NCBI RefSeq assembly: GCF_009914755.1
Contig: NC_060943.1
DNA: 64,000 bases
Source of the DNA: the human T2T-CHM13v2.0 reference genome, Homo sapiens
Reading direction: 5' to 3' (one strand)
Position 1 is the first letter of the stretch, and each line of letters begins with the position of its first letter. Below are positions 41,838-64,000 of the stretch, piece after piece. A model generated the notes under the pieces. That model did no database searches. It saw only the letters and a list, made by a program, of their open reading frames with translations, and was not told the DNA's origin. The position numbers and the translations under genes were made by a program.

Positions 41838-44179
41838 TAATGGTTTTGTCAAGGCCCTCTACCCAGAAACCACCAGGATCACACTGGTAGTCAAAGAAAA
41901 TTTGCTGTGTTGAGTTGAAGTTTGAACACATGATCAAGAAAGGGCTGTGGCTTGTATCAGAGGGTGTTTAAAAGGATTTACTATCAGATTTGGCCTTGTG
42001 TTCTGTGATTTTGGTGAGCGTTCAAGGAAGCCAGGCTTTGGTCTGGATTGGATGTTCTCAGGTCATGAATATAATTCTCTGGGAACTCCCAAAGTTCTCA
42101 TCTACAAAGCAGAAGTTAATTGGAGCTGAAAACTAATCAGTAAAGCCACAGCAGCCAGTCATATGGGGGAGAAGAGGGGAATGTTTGATGGTTTTTGTGG
42201 TTTAGAGGTGAGTTCCGGAAAAAAAGAAGACATGTTTGACATCCTCAAACGAGAAAATTTTTCATGTGTTTTATAGGCCAAGGAGGCAGAAGCTTTTGTT
42301 TTAATGAGCCAGAAAGCCCCAAAAGCCTATTTAAGTTTTCTCAGGTATCATTTCAACCTCTGAACTTCCAGAATTAACTAGGGAAGAGGAAAAACATGTA
42401 ACACCTTAGAGTTTTATTAAAGAGCAAACAATATCCAATAATCTCCATTACTTTCCATGTTAACATAAGTTTTCATAACGCTCTATAGATGAATGTGATT
42501 TGGCAGTCACTTGTATTTCTTAACACCTACTTACCCATCATTCCCTCTTAGATGAAAAAAGTTAAGCACGGGGACCACAGAGTCTTGTATATTCATGTAG
42601 CTCATGATGATGGAATCAAGTTTGAAGGCTTAACCTGTGCTTAACCTATATTGGGCATTGTCAAGACTTAAATTTAGAACACTGGAAAGCAAGTATAATT
42701 AATTTTACAAATAGGGCATCAAATTTTACAAAGACTCCTAAGGCTATATGGTATTCCTTTTATAAGACATGGAAAAGGCAAAGATAAGGGAAACGAACAA
42801 ATCGCTGGTTAGAAGTAGGGGATTTGAGTACATATGGGCTTAAGAGTGTTCTGTCATGATTGTAGTGGTGAAAACAAGTATTTGCAAAAACTCATAAGGC
42901 TACTCTTAAAATAGCAAATTTTGTTGTATGTATATTTTAAAGTTAAACAATAAAAATGCTTTCAGTTTATTAAAGAACTCAAGACCAGGTGCAGTGGCTC
43001 ATGCCTATAATCCCAGCACTTTGGGAAGCTGAGGCGGGAGGATTGCTTGTGGCCAGGAGGTTGAGGCTGCAGTGAACTATGATCATGCACTGCACTCTAC
43101 ACTGGGCGACAGAGCAAGACCCTGTCTCAAAAAAAAAGGAATACAAAACATTCCTGAAACTTGACATATAAGTTCGCAATAAGACTTTTCCCTAGCTGGG
43201 CGCGGTGACTCATGCCTGTAATCTCAACATTTTGGGAGACTGAGGCAAGAGGATCACTTGAAGTCAGGAGCTAGACACCAGTCTGGGCAACATAGTGAGA
43301 CCTCAACTCTACCAAAAAATTAAAAAGTGAGCCAGGCGGGGTGGTGCACGTCTGTGGTCCCAGCTACTTGGCAGGCTGAAGCAGGAGGATCACTTGAGGC
43401 CTTGAGGAGCCATGATCGTGCCACTGCACTCCAGCTTGGGTGACAGAGCAAGACTGTCTCAAAAAATAAAAATAAAAAAACAAGACTTCCCCCACCATCT
43501 TGGAATTCTCTGGAGGAAATGTAGGGCTGGTTGACAAGGACTTGTGCCTCGTCAGACCCTGTTTGAAACCCAGTCTGAAGTTTTGAAACACCCACAAGGG
43601 CCATACCTGACTTTATCTCACGCACATAACAGGAGAGAAGAGGGAGGTCTTCCAGAATCTGTCTTTGAGTTTACACCAGGTTCTTCCCATCTGATCTTTG
43701 GGAATGCTGTGGTTCTGAAACATAAAACGGGGACCCTACACTTCTTCCCAGGAATATCCTGCCTGGGAGCATCCTGATCCTGTCTTCAGACAAGGGGCAT
43801 CCGCATCTTGTTTTCTAGGGCCTTTCCTGAGGCCACTTCCAGCTCCAAAGTTCTCATCTCAAGCTCAGCTCTGTGTCTTCATGCTGGGAAACGTCTTTAT
43901 GGATCCCCAAACTCCTCTTGCTGTTGGGAACACGTGGCAGCCCTGCGTTGTGAGGTGAGAGAAGAGGCAGTGGCAGAACCCATGCCATGGAGACACGCCC
44001 ATCAGCCACAGCAGCTCCTGCTACTGCATAAATCCATAGGCACAATCACACGCCTCACGGTGTCAACATCTCCCATGACATCACAAAGATGCCCAGCTGG
44101 GACCCACCTACAGTGATGGGGTGATGGGGTTTCACCTATAAGCGGGCAAACAGGCACTCCTCCTCACTGTCCAGTCACC

Positions 44180-44645
44180 TGACGTGCTTTTTCTGCGCAC
44201 TCAGGTCGTGACACCCCAGGAGGTGCCTATCGCGCCCCAAGCTCCTCACGTGCCTCCTCCCCACAGTCCAGGACGCGTCTTACTAACGCCTCACCAGAGC
44301 GCATGCGCCCTCCTCAGGAGCAGCCTCAAAGCGCGCAGCCTCAGCCCATTGGCCTGCGGGAAGTGGAGTTCCCGAACAGAAGCCCCTCAGTCTCCGGAAG
44401 CCCCGCCCGGCAGACTGTTCCCAGGATGCAACACGGGCTCGCGTCTAAAAGAGCTGTGCTTTGTTGGGGCTATCTGGGAGTTTCCGCCTTCCATGAAGTG
44501 CGCAGGCGCACTTAGGCGAGGCGGGGCGACTCTAGGAAGTGGAGACATCAAGAGTGGTACTGGAAGTGGCGGAAGCTCTCCTCTTGCCCTCTTCAGCTTC
44601 CGGTGTGGTGGGTCCCGGATATCGCGTGGCTGTGGCAGGTAGACA
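44180..44645. promoter_or_regulatory. Orphan promoter-like CpG-rich element (NRF1 x2, several ETS sites)
   Basis: GCGCATGCGC at 44299-44308, TGCGCAGGCGCA at 44499-44510, several GGAAGT/CGGAAG sites at 44358-44602, and local CpG retention. Confidence 0.55.
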
Positions 44646-45798
44646 GCCCGTGCTCCAGAGGCCTTCATCTTGTGATGGCAGATGTACTTGAGTAGACACG
44701 ACAGACGGGGAAGGACCCTGATGGTCCGAGGGACCTTCCACAGCAAGTAGAAGGCACTGCTGTGAATATGATGGCGTCAGAGGTGACTGCAAAAAAGGAC
44801 AGGGCAGCTGGGCGAGGAAGAGATACCAGTGATGTCCTAACTGAGCTCCCTGGGTCTGGTAGTGAGGAGCTCAGTCTTAGAATATGAGCCGTGTCAGGGG
44901 CTACAGCATCATCACTCTTGTCCTGTCGCAGACTCAGGCTCCCTGTTCTCAGGTTCTTATGTAGACAGTGAGGGCTCAGGGAGGCTCCCACCACCGCCAC
45001 CACCAGCACCACCACTCCATCAAAACGGCTGAAGGACCTTCCTTTAGGGTTCGGGGGATCTCCTCCTTCCACAAGGGATGGATGTGAAGACAACTCATTC
45101 TTTGATGTTCAGATGGTTGTGGCCCTCTGATGAGATGTGTGCACACCTTGCCAAATGCATATGTCTGTTGAGCCTGGACATTAAGTATTTCTTGATGTTC
45201 TTCTGTGTAACAGGTGATGTCCTAGGTGCTGCAGTGAACAGAAGAGACAAAATATCCTTGTTCCCTTGAAGCTAATGTCGTAGGGGCCCAAAACAAAGCA
45301 AACAAACAAAAAAAAAGGAATGCAAGTCAAGTACACTTTGTATGGACAGTGGTAATTCCTAAGAAGGAAAACAAAGATGGGCTTAAGGGGTGCAGAGGGC
45401 CTGGACTATGTGTGTCTGTGGGATAGTCTGTTACTACCTCTGGGACTCTCATCTCGTGAGTGTGCTTGGGTGTGTCCAACCGTTTTTCCTAGTGACAAAG
45501 TCTGGGTAATTCTGTGGGGACATATATTGGTGTATCTGGGAGGTCCCATGTGTCTCAGTGGTGGTCCCTGTTTTCAGGAAAGAGTGTCTGTGAATGTCCA
45601 TGTGTCTCACTGCACAGCTGTGATTTTTCTGTGTCTCTGTGTTTTCCAGTCTTTGTGTGATGAAATATAAAGGCCTAGCAGGCTCAGAGTTATTAATGAA
45701 TTGTACTTAAGCGTTGAGAGGCATATATTTATTGCACTATTAAATTCTTCCAAAATATAGTTAAAAAAAAAAGCTTCACAGTTTTTTAGTAAGTTTGA

Positions 45799-46042
<244 letters not shown>

Positions 46043-46719
46043 TGATCTTCCACCCACCTCAGCCTCCCAAAGTGCTGGGATTACAGGCGTGAGCCACTGC
46101 GCCCAGCCTCAAGTTGATTTTTTAAAGTTTGGCATTCATTGTTTATTTAAAAAACAACAATTGGGCAGGGACCAGAGGCTCACACCTTTAATTCCAGCAC
46201 TTTGAAATGTCGAGGCAGGTGGATTCCTTGAGCTCAGGAGTTCAAGACCAGGCTGGGCAACTTGGAGATACCCCATCTCTGCAAAACATGAAAATTAGCC
46301 AGATATGGTGAGGCTCGCTTGTAGTCGCAGCTAATCAGGAGGCTGAAGCTGGAGGATAGCTTGGACCCAGGAGGTCGAGGCTGCTATAAGCCATGATTGT
46401 GCCACTGCACTCCAGCCTGGAAATAAGAGCAAGACCCTATCTCAAACAAACCCTATCTCAAACAAACAAATAAAAACAGCCATATTTTATTTTAAAATAT
46501 GTATCAAATGAATTATTAACAGGAAGCCTATTTTCTAAATGGTAATCCTTTAAACACTAATTTTTATGAAAGTGGCCAGTGCTTTTTGTAAATCATAAAA
46601 CATGAGTGTTTTCTTCAATTTCATTTGTAAATAAATAATATCAGAGTTTGCACTTCTCTTGGTTCTTAAATAGAATATTTTCAGAAATGGGAGCATATAA
46701 AATGCATCAGGAGTGTTGA

Positions 46720-48966
<2,247 letters not shown>

Positions 48967-49803
48967 TAGCCAGGATGCTCTCGATCTCCTGACCTTGTGA
49001 TCCACCCGCCTCAGCCTCCCAAAGTGCTGGGATTATAGGTGTGAGCCACTGCACCTTGCCTCTTTATGCACTCTTAACCTGTCTCTTCTAATTCCTTCGT
49101 CACCACTGGACTTTGGGTACCCTACGGGTGATGTTAAGGCTGGTCCCCAACAATTGTTATTTGTGAAAACTTTCCAGTACCCACGTATAGCCAGCAGCCC
49201 CTTTAAGGGAACATAACTCTCCCTGGCTGGCCAACAAATAACCCGGAGCCAAGCAGTCATCAGCTGTCGAGTCTGCCAGGGAGCGTTGTCCTTCACGGAA
49301 AGCATCTAAAGCATTAGCTCTCTGCTGCGTGTGGTTAGAGTGTGCTGAACGTTTTCCGATGGCTTCATGGTTTGAGTTGACAGGATGACATCATGTGTGC
49401 CTAAGGCAGTGCCCGTGGTGGCCCAAAAAGTATGTGCAATGAGCAGAAAATTAGCACACTTGTGTCAAGAGGAGGTTTGGGAGTGGGTGTGAGATGGAGC
49501 AGGGACTCCCTCTTCATGGCCTGTGGATCTCCCAGGCATAGAAATAAAGAACAATCTTGCTTTTCTTCAAGGTAAATTTCAGTCACCTAGTTAGCCCCAA
49601 GAAGTAAATATGCAACTTGATAAGCAAGAAGGTAACGGTAGCCTAAAACAATAGCCAAGGAAGCTAGAAGCATCGGATGTGTAGTTCTCCTGTAGAAACT
49701 AAAGATGGTGGCCGGGCGCGGCGGCTCACGCCTGTAATCCCAGCACTTTGGGAGGCTGAGGCGGGCGGATCACGAGGTCAGGAGATCGAGACCATCCTGG
49801 CTA

Positions 49804-50049
<246 letters not shown>

Positions 50050-50215
50050 CTAAGGTGCCAGTAAGTCTGATGATCAGGACAAAGTAGGGGGCCCTAAAGG
50101 CTGGGGTCGAGCCTAAGTAAAGCTGCACACAGTGGAGAAGACCCGTTTAGAAGACCATGTGTGGTCTGTAATGTCAGCAAGGTTTGTTTGAGCCATCAGT
50201 TCTAGGAGGCCTCTA

Positions 50216-50335
<120 letters not shown>

Positions 50336-50338
50336 TCA

Positions 50339-50560
<222 letters not shown>

Positions 50561-50609
50561 TTAAAATAAAATAAATAAATAAATAAATAAATAAAAGAGC
50601 CCAGTGTTG

Positions 50610-51103
50610 TGTTAGAACAGGAATTAAAACAGATTAAAGAATGTGTAAGCAGAAACTCAGTTGTATGTAAGAAAACCCAATTCCCCCTGAGAACAAGAAA
50701 GAGCTGGAGTCTTTTAAAAATTAACTGCCTGTTTTTCTGTGGCTAGTGAGCCTTATCTCTCCTCCCTTCCCAGGCATTGTGAAGACCCTGTTTCCCTAGT
50801 TGTGCAGCTGCAAGTTCACTAGACAGATAAACTCAAGTTGCAAAACATGTTTTGCCTTGAAAAGTAAGAAATGATGTAATGCACGTCTCAATTAATTGAA
50901 TAACTCTCTTTGTCTCTCGCTTCTGTAATATGCTTCCCCCTGCACAGATCTCCCCCGGCCCCACAAAATGCTTCAAAGGTAACTTAACTCTTTGTTCAGG
51001 GCTCAGTCCTTTGGATGTTAATCGGACTGGGCTGGGGCAGCTAAATAATAAATATCCTCCTGAACCCCATCGGTCTCTCTGATTCCTTATCAATCTCGCT
51101 ACA
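50610..51103 (+). mobile_element. LTR15 (ERV1) solo LTR
   Basis: Close match to remembered LTR15 consensus; TG...CA ends; internal AATAAA; flanks gtgttg/gtgtcg. Confidence 0.8.
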
Positions 51104-52204
51104 GTGTCGTTTGAGAAAAGAACTGAGCACCTTGATCACTGTCAGTAGCATCTGTAACCCCAAGGGAAGGGCGGGTCTTGGTGAAACCCTGTATTGTGGC
51201 TCAGCAGGAGAACGTCTGGTGGGATTGGTAAGGAATATTTGCATTTAAGTGGCTTCCGTGATCACAGTATACGGAATAGCCTCTGCAAAGGTGGGCGGGG
51301 ACCCTATAAAATCTATTTGCTCTCAGCCCTACCAACAGGCTTCCAGGGATTATGCCTCCTTGATTATATGTCATTTGCCTGTAGACTATTCATCTGCCTG
51401 CACATTGAGCGCTCAGCTGTGGTGTTTGAGTTTTCATAGGTACACGTATTCGTGACCTTGATTTTTACTTGAGAAACTGTGAGGCAAAATATCCCCAGAG
51501 TGCTTTAACCTCAAAATATTGACCTAGGATACAGTTGTTGCCACAGTTTTTTTTAAGTGTGTTTTCGGTTTTTTTGTTTTGTTTTCTATGTTTTTGTTGT
51601 TGTTGTTGTTTTTGAGACGGAGTTTCCCTCTTGTTGCCTAGGCTGAGTGCAGTGGGGCAATCTCAGCTCACTGCAACCTCCGCCTTCCAGGTTCAAGCGA
51701 TTCTTCCCCCTTAGCCTCCGAGTAGCTGGGATTACAGGCACCCACGACCACACCCGGCTAATTTTTTGTATTTTTAGTAAAGACAGGGTTTCATCATGTT
51801 GGCCACACTGGTCTCAAACTCCTGACCTCAGGTGATCCACCCACCTTGGCCTCCCAAAGTGCTGTGATTACAGGCATGAGCCACCGCGCCCGGCTGGCTA
51901 GACCATTGCTAATGGCTCAAGAGTTCAGTTCTAGCAATTGTGCTGACCCTAGTTAGGGAATGGTAAAGCTTTCGTTGGTCACTCACTTGACCCCATGGGC
52001 CTCCCCAGGTGTCTACTGGTCAGGAGAGAGAGGGGACCTCCTCCAGTGTCATGGAATCTGACAACAGACTGAGGACAGAAGAAGCTGCTTTTTTCTACAG
52101 GTGGATACCCCAAGGGCCCAGGTTTCCCTCTAAGTCAGTACCACTTTCATTTCAGGAAGGAGACCACCGTGGATGGGGGCTGCTGCCTGCAGGACCCGAG
52201 ACCT

Positions 52205-52565
52205 GAAAACTGACCAATCAGGCAGCTGGGGTGGGGCCTAGAGAACTGACCAATCAGGGGAGTTGAGGTGGAGCATCCGGATGAGAACTGTCAATCAGGG
52301 GGGTTGGGGCAGAGCCTGGAGACCTGTCAAATCAAAGGAGCTGAGGCAGGGCGTGGAAACATGACCAATTAGGAAAGCTGGGGTGGGGCCTGAAGAACTG
52401 CCCAATCAGGGGAGCTCAGGGGATAGCAAGCTGACCAACCAGAAGAGGAGGGGCAGAGTCTAAAGAACTGTCCAATCAGGGGAGTTGGGATGTGACTGGT
52501 GAACTCTCCAATCAGAGATGAGCAGAGAAGAGAACCATCCAATCACAGCCCCAGGGGCGGGGCGT
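52205..52565 (+). promoter_or_regulatory. ZNF556 promoter: ~37-bp tandem array of CCAAT boxes
   Basis: Ten units, seven with a perfect CCAAT, ending ~130 nt before the ATG. Confidence 0.85.
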
Positions 52566-52688
52566 TGCTGTCCTCCCTGCAGAGCACACCCGGCCTGCCC
52601 TGAGTGACCACAGGTGTCCCCGTCGTGCTCACCTGCACCGGCTGCGAGGAGCAGGGAGCTCCTCAAAGAGCTCAGGAACGGACAGGAC

Positions 52689-63597
<10,909 letters not shown>

Positions 63598-63657
63598 TGG
63601 GGGAAAACCTGTGCAAATTAATTCACATACATGGTTCAGAAAATTCACAGCAGGAGG

Positions 63658-63957
<300 letters not shown>

Positions 63958-64000
63958 TCATGGCAGGAGAAGAATCTCATGACGTTTATAAATATGGTAT

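Noticed and set aside
49560-49706. Short LTR-like fragment
   Set aside because: Too short and Alu-truncated to assign a family.

Overview
Human (primate) genomic DNA, very Alu-dense. I recognise it as the 19p13.3 KRAB-zinc-finger cluster just downstream of THOP1 (recall, no database run). Three + strand genes were rebuilt exon by exon with GT-AG junctions and continuous frames: ZNF554 (5 coding exons, 538 aa, 7 C2H2 fingers), ZNF555 (4 exons, 628/627 aa, 15 fingers) and ZNF556 (4 exons, 456/455 aa, 9 intact fingers). Also present: a probable distal THOP1 poly(A) site, several solo LTRs (LTR10, MER52, THE1, LTR15, LTR13), ERV pro-pol remnants and an Alu-split RPL35A processed pseudogene. Most interesting observations: (1) a ~107-bp copy of the ZNF554 core promoter inside the upstream LTR10, beside a ~34-unit AP-1-like VNTR; (2) two ZNF556 'linkers' that are zinc fingers read out of frame between compensating -1/-2 deletions; (3) in all three genes the second KRAB exon is a 5'-extended form of a canonical KRAB-B or KRAB-C exon; (4) an L1 3' transduction; (5) an orphan NRF1/ETS promoter-like island; (6) a tandem CCAAT-box array at the ZNF556 promoter. 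Repeat-family names come from remembered consensus sequences and need RepeatMasker/Dfam confirmation. I cannot confirm that any finding is undescribed.
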